The position numbers and the translations under genes are program-made. Source: Candidatus Nomurabacteria bacterium (GTDB taxonomy: Bacteria > Patescibacteriota > Dojkabacteria > SC72 > JAHDCA01). Taken from it: a stretch of 64,000 nucleotides of DNA. The notes under the pieces are model-generated. The model was not told the origin of the DNA and ran no database searches. It saw only the letters and a program-made list of their open reading frames with translations. Location: positions 149,106 to 213,105 of the forward strand of contig JACKFR010000001.1 of assembly GCA_020632375.1 (NCBI GenBank). The letters run 5' to 3'. Below, one piece after another: positions 16,854-25,086 of this stretch. How positions within the stretch are numbered: the stretch's first letter is position 1; every line of letters starts with the position of its first letter.

Positions 16854-17216
16854 ATGCTAAATAGCATGAATAATGCCGTTAAAGGTAAATCAGCTGAGCA
16901 TAGAGTAGCGAAACAACTTAAGGCTACTCGCAAAGCTGGACCTAATAGTCCTGATTTAAAAAAGGGAAGCGAACGAATAGAGGTAAAAAATTATAAAAAT
17001 CCGCTTACCAAAAAACAGTTGCAAAATGCATATGCACAGAATCATGCTGATGTAATTGTTTCATCTAACGGTTTTACAGATGAGGCCATAGAATATGCTC
17101 AAAAGCATATGCCAACCATTCAATTACGTAAAGGTCTAGATGGAAAATCAAAATTAGTTAAAAGAAGGCAGTCAAAAATAAAGAATCAAAAGAAGAAACA
17201 ATCTATGCCTTTATAG
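16854..17216 (+). CDS. small restriction-endonuclease-like (Mrr_cat / PD-(D/E)xK) protein
   Basis: 120 aa. GKSAEHRVAKQLK...SPDLKKGSERIEVKNYK (D...E-x-K) followed by VIVSSNGFTDEAIEYAQKH matches the minimal Mrr-type catalytic-core layout. The tail is Lys-rich. Confidence 0.6.
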   Translation: MLNSMNNAVKGKSAEHRVAKQLKATRKAGPNSPDLKKGSERIEVKNYKNPLTKKQLQNAYAQNHADVIVSSNGFTDEAIEYAQKHMPTIQLRKGLDGKSKLVKRRQSKIKNQKKKQSMPL

Positions 17217-17596
17217 ATAGCCAAAACCTTAATCTTGGTATCAAGAATGATTTCAACCGAAATAAGAAAACAGTATATAAAGGCTGGGGACTTGATTTTT
17301 ACAGGTTTAAAAAATACCTTGAGGATCGGTACAAGGTTACTAAGTGGTTTCTTTTCATTGGCATGTTGCAGGAGAATGCTTCACTGTATACAAGACTTCA
17401 AAAGTCAGGTTACACACTCGTATTTAAACCAACTCTTGTTGTTAAGGATGGTTGCAAGCAAAGAATCAAGGGTAATGTTGATGCAAAATTGGTGCTACAT
17501 GTCATGATTGAATATCCACAATATGATAAAGCGATTGTTGTATCGGGAGATGGTGATTTTCATTGTTTAGTTGAATATCCTGAGGAAAAAAACTAA
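17162..17596 (+). pseudogene. NYN/LabA-like (PIN-like RNase) gene lacking a start codon and truncated at the 3' end
   Basis: The frame is open from 17162 and reads ...TIYAFIDSQNLNLG...KGNVDAKLVLH...VVSGDGDFHCLVEYPEEKN*. It is collinear with the intact paralog at 36650..37180. There is no ATG/GTG/TTG before 17363, and the codon aligned to the paralog Met is AAG (17165-17167). The ORF ends just after an A7 run (17586-17592). Confidence 0.6.
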
Positions 17597-17636
17597 AGTT
17601 AGTCTAGACCCTAAACTAAATTATCATTTTAGTTCT

Positions 17637-17954
17637 ATGCCAAAAACACGATTAGGGAAATGGTCTGTTGTGCTGATCGTCCTGATGCCGCTTCTATTTT
17701 CACTCGCCAATCTTTTTCTTCGGCTATTTTATGAGTCAACTTCTGCTGGAAACAGCATTCTCGAAGATGTTGTTAAAAGGCCTGCACTATCAATTACAAT
17801 GCTTTTAGGGATAGGTGCAGGTGTTTCTGCTTTTATTACCGGGTTTATCGCTATTATTAAGCAAAAAGAGCGAACTGCATTAGTTATTGGGTCAACTCTA
17901 CTTGGTGCCCTAGTAATACTTTTTCTTGTAGCTGAAGTTGCATTTCCATACTGA
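17637..17954 (+). CDS. small integral membrane protein (hypothetical)
   Basis: 105 aa from the internal ATG, with three predicted TM helices. The track ORF 17571..17954 starts at TTG inside the NYN remnant. Confidence 0.45.
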   Translation: MPKTRLGKWSVVLIVLMPLLFSLANLFLRLFYESTSAGNSILEDVVKRPALSITMLLGIGAGVSAFITGFIAIIKQKERTALVIGSTLLGALVILFLVAEVAFPY

Positions 17955-17965
17955 GAAGCTACTTT

Positions 17966-19303
17966 TTAAGCTTGTCCGATAGCGTGTTTGGCTGCTTCAA
18001 GACCCGATCTTAATGCTCCCTCAGAAAAAGGCGCATCTAAGTAGTCTCCAGCAAACAATATCTGATCTTCTGAAGTTATTTTACTTTTGAATTCTGCAAT
18101 TGCTTCAAGATATCCTGGATAAAAGATCGGTAAAGATGAACTCCAGCGATGGATTTTATCTATAGTGAAGTCTTCTTGTAAGATTTGGCTCAAGTCTTCG
18201 CGAATTTCAACCATTAAGTCTACATCGTTTTTAGAAATGATCTGTTGGGCAAACTCTTTTCTTAAAACTGCTTCAATTTCGGAAGAGCCATAAACATTTC
18301 GTTTTACGAGCACTGAAGCGATTTTTTGCGATGCACTTGATGAAATAATAAACTGATTTGTCAGTTTAAATGAATCTGTATTGCTCGTGCAAAAGATTCG
18401 AGCAGTCGAAGAGTAGCGCACTTTGTCGAAAAAATCTTTTGCACACTGTGTAGGGCTGTTTATCAGGCTTAATACTTTATCTCCTGGTACTGCTACAATA
18501 ACTTTTCTTGCTGTCAGCCTTTCGGCTCCAACCGGCGTTGTGAAATTAATTTCAACCAAGTCTCTGTCTCTATTTTTACTGATCTTCTCGACCTCAGAAT
18601 CATAACTTACATTTAGATTCTCTGCTAAGCGTTTATTAAGTTCTCCAATGCCACCTTCAAAAGTCTGATACTGAGTTTTCATTAAATCACCAAGATTTGC
18701 AAAAACTAAATTCGCTGACATTTCTTTTGCAGAGTAAGTGAATGCCCCATAAACAATTGGGTCAATGATATTATCTGCAAAATCTTTTCCAAACTGTTTT
18801 TTGAGTAGATTGTAAATGCTAATATCGTGCTCTTGTGATAGCTCTGTTGCAGACTTCCCTTTAAATTGAATTAATTTCGCATATAATCTCCCTACTCTCA
18901 TGAGGATATGCATCTTTGTTTGTTTCGATAGAAAGGGTACTCCTACCATCTCACTTACTGTGTCTATATGAAACACAGCGAAGTTTGATTCTTCATCTTT
19001 TGCTAAATCGAAAAGGTATCTTTTGTCCGAAATCATGAAAGTAAAATTTTTTGTCTTGGGTATTGGAACTATCTTACAGCCAAGTTCATCTGCCAAAGCT
19101 CGTATGTTTTTAAAGTGCGGCAAAATAAACCCCGCACCGGCTTCGTACTTTTTCCCTCCGTATGAGTTCGTTTTCATCCTGCCACCCGGTGAAGACTGGG
19201 ATTCAAGTACCAGAACCTCTCCCCCTTTTTTGCTGAGAGTATATGCTGCTCCAAGTCCTGCAATTCCTGCACCAACAACTATATAGTCATAATCTGGATT
19301 CAT
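17966..19303 (-). CDS. FAD-dependent oxidoreductase (amine oxidase / protoporphyrinogen oxidase-like)
   Basis: The dinucleotide fold DYIVVGAGIAGLGAAYTLSKKGGEVLVLESQSSPGGRM follows immediately after Met at 19303. The 70-aa N-terminal extension in the track ORF (to 19513) is judged spurious. Confidence 0.75.
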   Translation of the reverse strand: MNPDYDYIVVGAGIAGLGAAYTLSKKGGEVLVLESQSSPGGRMKTNSYGGKKYEAGAGFILPHFKNIRALADELGCKIVPIPKTKNFTFMISDKRYLFDLAKDEESNFAVFHIDTVSEMVGVPFLSKQTKMHILMRVGRLYAKLIQFKGKSATELSQEHDISIYNLLKKQFGKDFADNIIDPIVYGAFTYSAKEMSANLVFANLGDLMKTQYQTFEGGIGELNKRLAENLNVSYDSEVEKISKNRDRDLVEINFTTPVGAERLTARKVIVAVPGDKVLSLINSPTQCAKDFFDKVRYSSTARIFCTSNTDSFKLTNQFIISSSASQKIASVLVKRNVYGSSEIEAVLRKEFAQQIISKNDVDLMVEIREDLSQILQEDFTIDKIHRWSSSLPIFYPGYLEAIAEFKSKITSEDQILFAGDYLDAPFSEGALRSGLEAAKHAIGQA

Positions 19304-19368
19304 GATTTTATAATAGCATACGAAAAGCAGGCTCGGTTCCACAGCTGTTTGATAGAATCGCACAAAGA

Positions 19369-19377
19369 TGCTATAAT
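19369..19377 (+). promoter_or_regulatory. extended -10 promoter (TGcTATAAT) of a ~170-nt leader
   Basis: The sequence is aagaTGcTATAATgaag. It is followed by AGGAGG (19391-19396), a 4-codon uORF and hairpins upstream of the methyltransferase gene at 19556. Confidence 0.4.
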
Positions 19378-19518
19378 GAAGCGGTTCTTCAGGAGGACGT
19401 TTCATGAGTCCTTCATGAAAGTAGCTCAGTGGCTGATTGAAATTAGACAGAGCGCCTGAAGTTATCTTACAGATAATTCTGTAGGATAGCTTTGGGTGCT
19501 TTTTATTTGCCAAAACTC

Positions 19519-19552
19519 AAGGTAACCGAGATATAAATTGTAAGGTTACTTT
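19519..19552 (+). promoter_or_regulatory. hairpin abutting the translation start of the 19556 gene
   Basis: A 9-bp stem forms between aaggtaacc (19519-19527) and ggttacttt (19544-19552), with one G-U pair and a 16-nt loop. It ends 3 nt before the ATG. Confidence 0.35.
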
Positions 19553-19555
19553 ATT

Positions 19556-20011
19556 ATGGCAAACGAGAAACAATACCGTTATAGGACAGTCTTTGTCGCT
19601 ACAAGAGGGGTCAAAGAGTATCGTGCTTCAATAAATCAATATATAAATCGGCATGATATTGTCCTGGAAATTGGTTGTGAATGGGGAACAACTTCAGAAT
19701 TGATATACCCCAAATGCAAGCAACTTATAGCCACAGATATTAGCAGCGAGTGCATACTAAGAGCAAAACAGATGAGATCAGAAATTCATTTCGAGACTTT
19801 AGATGTTTATGATCTAAAAAGTGCCCTGAGCTTCGGTTTGGGTTTTACAAAGATGTACATAGATGTTTCGGGTTTATCTGGATATAGGTCTCTTCTTGAT
19901 GTGATTGCTTTGCTAAACACCTCTGCAGCGGCTTTTCCTATACAGGCAATCGTTGTAAAAAGCGGTGCTTTAAAAGATTTTGCGAAAAAATGTGTCGCCT
20001 GGGATGGTTAA
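19556..20011 (+). CDS. small class I SAM-dependent methyltransferase
   Basis: 151 aa with motif I VLEIGCEWGTTS and motif II LIATDIS. Confidence 0.6.
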   Translation: MANEKQYRYRTVFVATRGVKEYRASINQYINRHDIVLEIGCEWGTTSELIYPKCKQLIATDISSECILRAKQMRSEIHFETLDVYDLKSALSFGLGFTKMYIDVSGLSGYRSLLDVIALLNTSAAAFPIQAIVVKSGALKDFAKKCVAWDG

Positions 20012-20016
20012 TGAAG

Positions 20017-20568
20017 TTAGTTTTTTTCGATTAGCGATCTAAGATATTCTGACTTAGTTGTTTTCGCTTCTTTTGAAAACTTTTCAAGCTTCTCTAATTG
20101 AGTTCTACTTAAAAAGAGGTTAAATCTTTGGTCAAGCCTATTAGAAGAGACTTTTTTAATAAAGTCAGATACTACAAAGTCTAAATTAAATTCATTATAG
20201 TGTGCTCCATGAAAATATGGACTATCGATTTTTTTGCTAAAGTCTTCATAGATCGACAGACAAAGAACCGGTTTTTTATTCAGGATTGCCAGAGTCGCTT
20301 CGTGACCGAGCTGAAAGTCTTCATTGCTTATTTCAATAATTGTTGCATCGCACAATTGAATACCTTTTCTTATCGCACGATAGTGGACAAGATCATGAGA
20401 CTTCACAGCACTTCTTTCACTTACTGATAGGACCTTTTCATATCCACCCAGTTCAGGCGAAATGATGTCTACTTCGTTTCTTTCTATTGCTCTCAATACC
20501 TGATCATAATTCTTTTGATATTTCTTCTTGCCATAATATGATGCAGTATAGAAAACTTTGATACTCAT
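20017..20568 (-). CDS. nucleoside 2-deoxyribosyltransferase-like domain fused to a C-terminal ribbon-helix-helix
   Basis: Starts MSIKVFYTASYYG... and carries CDATIIEISNEDFQLGHEATLAILNKKPVLCL (NDT-like core with a conserved Glu). The C-terminus FNLFLSRTQLEKLEKFSKEAKTTKSEYLRSLIEKN has a CopG/Arc-type RHH pattern. ATG at 20568 is preferred over 20592. Confidence 0.55.
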   Translation of the reverse strand: MSIKVFYTASYYGKKKYQKNYDQVLRAIERNEVDIISPELGGYEKVLSVSERSAVKSHDLVHYRAIRKGIQLCDATIIEISNEDFQLGHEATLAILNKKPVLCLSIYEDFSKKIDSPYFHGAHYNEFNLDFVVSDFIKKVSSNRLDQRFNLFLSRTQLEKLEKFSKEAKTTKSEYLRSLIEKN

Positions 20569-20636
20569 GTATGTATAAGTCACAATTAACAATGTAGGGA
20601 TTATACACTATCATTCTCACTACGTATGTATAAACT

Positions 20637-20642
20637 TAGAAT
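20637..20642 (+). promoter_or_regulatory. -10-like box 6 nt upstream of an ATG (candidate leaderless promoter)
   Basis: The sequence is TAGAATcaatttATG, with the ATG at 20649. Confidence 0.3.
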
Positions 20643-20648
20643 CAATTT

Positions 20649-21086
20649 ATGTTCAATATAAAAAAATGTGGTGTACACATAAAGTCTAAGGATATTTACA
20701 AGTCATTTGACTTTTATTCTTCTTTAGGATTCAAGCCGGTTTTTTCATATGGTACAGCAGAATTCTATTCTAGGATAATTGAGCTCGATAGTATTCAAAC
20801 AGTGGAGGAAAAGTACAATGGAGTTGTTTTTGATGTTTCAGGGATGATTTTTGAAATCGCAGACGGACATATAGCTGTAAAGGATGGGGTCTTTAAGACC
20901 GAAATGAAAAATTCCAAGATATCTCTCATTGTTGATGTAGATGCGGTTAACGAAGTTGTAAGGATTACCAAGAAGAAGAAGTACAAGATTTCTGTTCCGG
21001 TTAAAGTGTATCCATGGGGGAGTAAAGAAGTTGTCATAAAAGACCCAGATGGAGTTGTTATAGTGTTTAGAGAGTTGCTAGACTAG
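20649..21086 (+). CDS. VOC/glyoxalase-family protein
   Basis: 145 aa with HIKSKDIYKSFDFYSSLGFKP at the N-terminus and VIKDPDGVVIVF at the C-terminus, the VOC-fold pattern. Confidence 0.55.
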   Translation: MFNIKKCGVHIKSKDIYKSFDFYSSLGFKPVFSYGTAEFYSRIIELDSIQTVEEKYNGVVFDVSGMIFEIADGHIAVKDGVFKTEMKNSKISLIVDVDAVNEVVRITKKKKYKISVPVKVYPWGSKEVVIKDPDGVVIVFRELLD

Positions 21087-21111
21087 GCGGATAATATATC
21101 CACTCTTTTCT

Positions 21112-21549
21112 ATGCCGCCAATTATATTTGTTTTTGAATCGTTTCGACCTAAAGAAGAACTTCTTGAAAGCTTTGATGATGTCTTCGTGTTAAATACTAT
21201 CAACAAAGATTTGAAACAAGTCTTGGATTTAGCAGAAAAATACCCGACCCGTTGGATTATTGGTATTGCAAAATCACGTCGATCGAGATTTGAATCGCAA
21301 GCGGTCAATAAATTGGGTAAATCAAAAAAGGTAAATAGATCAAATAATAAGTTTAGCTATAAACTCCATGTCCCTCAATCTGCACCATTTGGAGTAAACT
21401 CTCACTACACATACACATTTTGCAATATGGCCGCGTACAAACTAGCAGAGAGGTTATCAAACCCAATTTCTTTTTGTCATCTGTACCCTAAAGATGTAGA
21501 TATTTTGGTAGAATATATGAATTCACTCTCACCTGAGGATCTGTCCTAA
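21112..21549 (+). CDS. hypothetical protein (weak pyroglutamyl-peptidase/C15-like layout)
   Basis: 145 aa. FESQAVN and YTYTFCNMAAYKL loosely resemble the Glu and Cys regions of peptidase C15. This is very tentative. Confidence 0.35.
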   Translation: MPPIIFVFESFRPKEELLESFDDVFVLNTINKDLKQVLDLAEKYPTRWIIGIAKSRRSRFESQAVNKLGKSKKVNRSNNKFSYKLHVPQSAPFGVNSHYTYTFCNMAAYKLAERLSNPISFCHLYPKDVDILVEYMNSLSPEDLS

Positions 21550-21589
21550 GCTGAAACATTGAGACTTAAATTTTAATTTATTCATCAAC

Positions 21590-22387
21590 ATGTATATTGT
21601 TCCAATAATTATAGCGATCTTTATAATTGTTAATATTCGCCAAGTGAATGAATACCAGAGAGGTGTACTTTTTTTCATGGGGAAATACCAAAAGATAGTC
21701 AATAGCGGATGGAGATTCATAATCCCCGTCTTCCAGTCAATGAGAGTCATAGATATGCGCACGCGCACAGTAGACTTAAAAGATCAAGAAGCTATGACTA
21801 GCGAAAACGTTTCAGTCCGTATAGGTGCTGTTGTATTCTTTAAAGTAATCGAAGCCTCAAAAAGTGTTTTAGAGGTTGAGAATTTCCAGTGGGCAATCTC
21901 ACAACTTTCTGAGACAACTATGCGATCTGTGATCGGTCAGGTATCGCTAAACGAGCTTCTTTCAAACCGTCAGCATGTCGCAGACAAAATAGAAGGTATT
22001 ATTCAGCCTCATGCAGAAGGATGGGGATTGGAAATAGTAGGGGTTGAGCTTAAAGATATAGTACTTCCAGAAGATATGAAGCGAACAATGGCGAAGCAGG
22101 CTGAAGCTGAGCGAGAGAAGAATGCTGTTATTACAAAGGCAGAAGGTGAGTTAATTGCTTCTGAGAACCTAACCAAAGCTGCAGCAAAGATGGCTGGCAC
22201 ACCCGGAGCACTTCATTTAAGAACACTTAGCACAATTAATGACCTTTCTTCTGACCAATCCAATACAATAATATTCGCCATCCCAATTGAAGTTTTGCGA
22301 GCTTTTGAAGGAAAGTCTACGAGTAGTGCAGAAGGCCTTGTTGAAGCGATTACAAAGAAGCTCTCCGGCTATTCAAAAAAGAGCTGA
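21590..22387 (+). CDS. SPFH/band-7 (stomatin/slipin-like) protein
   Basis: 265 aa with an N-terminal TM, EYQRGVLFFMGKY, and the Ala/Glu-rich coiled segment AKQAEAEREKNAVITKAEGE. Confidence 0.88.
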   Translation: MYIVPIIIAIFIIVNIRQVNEYQRGVLFFMGKYQKIVNSGWRFIIPVFQSMRVIDMRTRTVDLKDQEAMTSENVSVRIGAVVFFKVIEASKSVLEVENFQWAISQLSETTMRSVIGQVSLNELLSNRQHVADKIEGIIQPHAEGWGLEIVGVELKDIVLPEDMKRTMAKQAEAEREKNAVITKAEGELIASENLTKAAAKMAGTPGALHLRTLSTINDLSSDQSNTIIFAIPIEVLRAFEGKSTSSAEGLVEAITKKLSGYSKKS

Positions 22388-23120
22388 TAATGATGTAGAG
22401 CGCAAGGCATATGGCGATCACTGAAAATAAGTCTGAGGTTTCAATTCCCAAAAAGTATTCTTTATCAATCCTCACTCTGTTTAAAATAAGGCGTATAACG
22501 CCATAGTTTAGTAGGTAAACTGCAGAAAGGACTCCGCTTTTGAACTTTTTTGAGCGGTATAAAACTACAAGAATAGCAAAATTCACTAAGTCAAGAATTG
22601 ATTCATACAAGAAAGTCGGATGAAAGCCAGCAAAGCTTTCATACCCTAGAATGCGATCCTCTTTAGGTATGAAAACAGCCCATTTCACCGATGTCGGCTT
22701 TCCGTACAGCTCATTGTTTGCGAAATTTCCAATTCTTCCTATTGCTTGCGCAAGAGGTAATCCGATGGCAAGTGAGTCAATGACTTTTGCTAGGTTCGGT
22801 TTAAATACCTTTCTTAGTAGTAGTATTGCCAGAATCCCGCCAACTATAGCACCATATAATGCAAATCCTCCACTTGAGATTCTAAATATGTAAGTTAGGT
22901 CTAATCTAACGAGATCTATATTATGCAAAAGAAAAAGGATTCTGCCTCCCAGTAGTGCTCCTAATGCAATTAGGAAATATTGCCAATCGTTTAATCCATT
23001 TCTCAAGATCTTTTTACTCATTAGGTACATCATTACCCCAGAGAAACCTAACAGCAGTCCGTAGGTATATAAATCAACTGACCCAATAGTTATTGTAGAT
23101 GGTATGAAGTTTCTGATCAT
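22350..23120 (-). CDS. lgt: prolipoprotein diacylglyceryl transferase
   Basis: 256 aa, multi-TM, with GRIGNFANNELYGKPT and HPTFLYES signatures. The 3' end overlaps the SPFH gene by 38 nt (convergent). Confidence 0.88.
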   Translation of the reverse strand: MIRNFIPSTITIGSVDLYTYGLLLGFSGVMMYLMSKKILRNGLNDWQYFLIALGALLGGRILFLLHNIDLVRLDLTYIFRISSGGFALYGAIVGGILAILLLRKVFKPNLAKVIDSLAIGLPLAQAIGRIGNFANNELYGKPTSVKWAVFIPKEDRILGYESFAGFHPTFLYESILDLVNFAILVVLYRSKKFKSGVLSAVYLLNYGVIRLILNRVRIDKEYFLGIETSDLFSVIAICLALYIIISSFLNSRRASL

Positions 23121-23153
23121 GATAGAATTTTACACATTTTATACTTTTAAAGC

Positions 23154-24119
23154 ATGCATGTAGACAAAGCGAAGTTAATGAAGATAGGAAAAAAGGCCCT
23201 CGAATACGGAGTTTACATTGCTGTAGCAATTTTCATCTACACCAAGCTAAATGGGAATATCCGTGAGTTAGAAGAAATTGATGATGTAGATATTGGCTTA
23301 ATGGTTCTTTCTTTGTGGATTTTTTCACTTCATTCTATCTGGAATGGTTTCAATTGGCACTATCTTATTAGGCAGTCAGGTGAGAAAGTAGAGATCTCCG
23401 GTCAGATGAAGGTTTATCTTAAATCTTATATTTTGAGATATATTCCTGGAAATGTAGTCGGAATAATGTCAAGAGGGGTTTATAACAAGCAATACAAAGT
23501 CCCGATGGTTAAAAGCCTTTGGGGATGGTTTTTTGAAAACATCGTCTACTTGATGTGGGGGATACTGATAGGTGGGTATTTCTTAATCACTTCAGGTTTT
23601 AGCATCGCTCAGATATCCGCTTTAGTTATAGCTTCATTAATCATCGGCTCTGTAGTGCTTCTCCGTAACGAATGGTTTACCTTTCTTTTTAATAAGGTAG
23701 TTCTTCCTAAACTTCCACCAGAAGCAAAAAGCGAGTTTAAATCATTAAATGTTAGTTTCTCCTCCAGAATTCAATTATTCGGAAGATATCTTGTGTCTTG
23801 GATTATTTATTCGGTGAGCTTTTTAATCTTAGCTATGGCTTTTGGTGTAGACGTTTCTAAAAACTGGCTGTTACTAGTTTCTGCAAATGCACTTTCTTGG
23901 TCAATTGGCTATCTTTCTCTTGTAACTCCGAGTGGCACAGGAGTCAGAGAATCTGTCATGATAACAGCCTTGAGTGGTGGAGCAGGACTATCGAATGAGA
24001 TTGCGGTAATCATATCTATCGCTGCTAGAATCGTATTTATTGTTGGAGAGCTTCTTGGCTTTGCACAAGCATATGCTATGATGTTTATATCTGACTTTTT
24101 CTATAAAAAGAATGAATAA
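23154..24119 (+). CDS. flippase-like (UPF0104 / lysyl-PG synthase TM-region family) membrane protein
   Basis: 321 aa, multi-TM, with YLKSYILRYIPGNVVG and TPSGTGVRE motifs typical of this family. Confidence 0.6.
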   Translation: MHVDKAKLMKIGKKALEYGVYIAVAIFIYTKLNGNIRELEEIDDVDIGLMVLSLWIFSLHSIWNGFNWHYLIRQSGEKVEISGQMKVYLKSYILRYIPGNVVGIMSRGVYNKQYKVPMVKSLWGWFFENIVYLMWGILIGGYFLITSGFSIAQISALVIASLIIGSVVLLRNEWFTFLFNKVVLPKLPPEAKSEFKSLNVSFSSRIQLFGRYLVSWIIYSVSFLILAMAFGVDVSKNWLLLVSANALSWSIGYLSLVTPSGTGVRESVMITALSGGAGLSNEIAVIISIAARIVFIVGELLGFAQAYAMMFISDFFYKKNE

Positions 24120-25086
24120 TTCCAAGATTGATATTTCAGTTATACTCCCATCCAGAAATGAAGGAGATAAGGTTAAAAAGCTTGTTCCAGAGGTTATTGA
24201 TGCACTTGAAAAAACTGGCAAAACCTATGAAGTTTTTGCGATAAACAGCCCAACTGACAAGACCTCTTTTCCAACCTTTAAAGAATTTGCATCAAAACAT
24301 AAGAATTTCTATGCAATTGACTTAAGCGATAAACGTGCAGCTGGAGACGGAAAATCTGTCCAGTATATGATTGGTTTTGAACTTGCCAGAGGCAAATATG
24401 TAATACATATGGATACAGATGGGCAAGATAATCCTGCGCAGATCCCAGACTTTCTGGCAAAGCTAGAAGAGGGTTATGATCTTGTTGTTGGCCATAAACA
24501 GAAGAGAAAAGACGGTGGTTTTTATATGTTTACTTCTAAAGGTTGGCATGCAGTTATGAGTATGTTTATGGGGATAGATTTACATGATATGAACTGTGGG
24601 TTTAAAGCATATCGAGGTCATGTGGTAAAAAGACTTAACCTAAAAGGGCGCTGGTATAGATATATCCCATCTATTCTTTCCGCCAAAGGGTATAGAATTA
24701 CAGAGATACCTATTGAAAATCGAAAGAGAGAATGGGGTAAATCAAATTTTTCTTTTTTTAATAGATTGCAGGGAGGGGTTTTTGATATGCTCACAGTTGC
24801 TACTCTGAATAGAATCGGCGGGACTCCCATGTACTTTTTTGGTTGGCTATCGATTGGCTTTGTCGGACTTTTTATTGCATTGATCGCTCTTAGTCTAGTC
24901 TTTTTAGACCTCTACTTGAAGCTTCTTTTTGCTATTCTTGCCACTGGGTTTGGAGTATCGGCAATCTTTAGTTATCTTATAGGGCTCAAGATTGCATATG
25001 AAAGATCGCTTGTGAAAACTCCTTTACAGGAATATGGCATAAGAGAAATCTTCCCTAGTCATAAAAGGGTTGAAATCGAAGCCTAA
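24112..25086 (+). CDS. family 2 glycosyltransferase (polyprenol-phosphate sugar synthase-like)
   Basis: 324 aa with ISVILPSRNEG, DTDGQ (DxD) and two C-terminal TM helices. The start overlaps the upstream gene (ATGAATAA). Confidence 0.8.
   Translation: MNNSKIDISVILPSRNEGDKVKKLVPEVIDALEKTGKTYEVFAINSPTDKTSFPTFKEFASKHKNFYAIDLSDKRAAGDGKSVQYMIGFELARGKYVIHMDTDGQDNPAQIPDFLAKLEEGYDLVVGHKQKRKDGGFYMFTSKGWHAVMSMFMGIDLHDMNCGFKAYRGHVVKRLNLKGRWYRYIPSILSAKGYRITEIPIENRKREWGKSNFSFFNRLQGGVFDMLTVATLNRIGGTPMYFFGWLSIGFVGLFIALIALSLVFLDLYLKLLFAILATGFGVSAIFSYLIGLKIAYERSLVKTPLQEYGIREIFPSHKRVEIEA

Noticed and set aside
17571-17636. TTG-initiated N-terminal 22 aa of the small membrane protein, and the idea that they preserve the missing NYN C-terminus in another frame.
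   Set aside because: Similarity to the paralog tail (KV..P...Y.SS) is only a few residues. The internal ATG at 17637 directly precedes the hydrophobic protein, so that start is used instead.
19421-19432. GTAGCTCAGTGG, identical to a tRNA D-arm consensus, suggesting a tRNA or tRNA-like element.
   Set aside because: No acceptor stem, anticodon arm or GTTCGAATC-type T-arm can be formed from the flanking sequence.
19304-19513. 70-aa N-terminal extension of the FAD oxidoreductase, as called in the ORF track (start at 19513).
   Set aside because: The Rossmann GxGxxG motif begins 8 residues after the internal Met at 19303, the typical position. The extension overlaps a plus-strand promoter, uORF and hairpin region and has an odd composition.
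21078-21768. Minus-strand ORFs 21078..21308 and 21529..21768.
   Set aside because: They overlap the plus-strand genes 21112..21549 and 21590..22387, the latter having clear SPFH motifs, and their own translations are featureless.
22350-22387. 38-nt convergent overlap of the SPFH gene and lgt, and similar convergent overlaps at 25083-25086, 27546-27565 and 58107-58110.
   Set aside because: Short 3'-3' overlaps are common in compact genomes. There is no evidence of a regulatory role.
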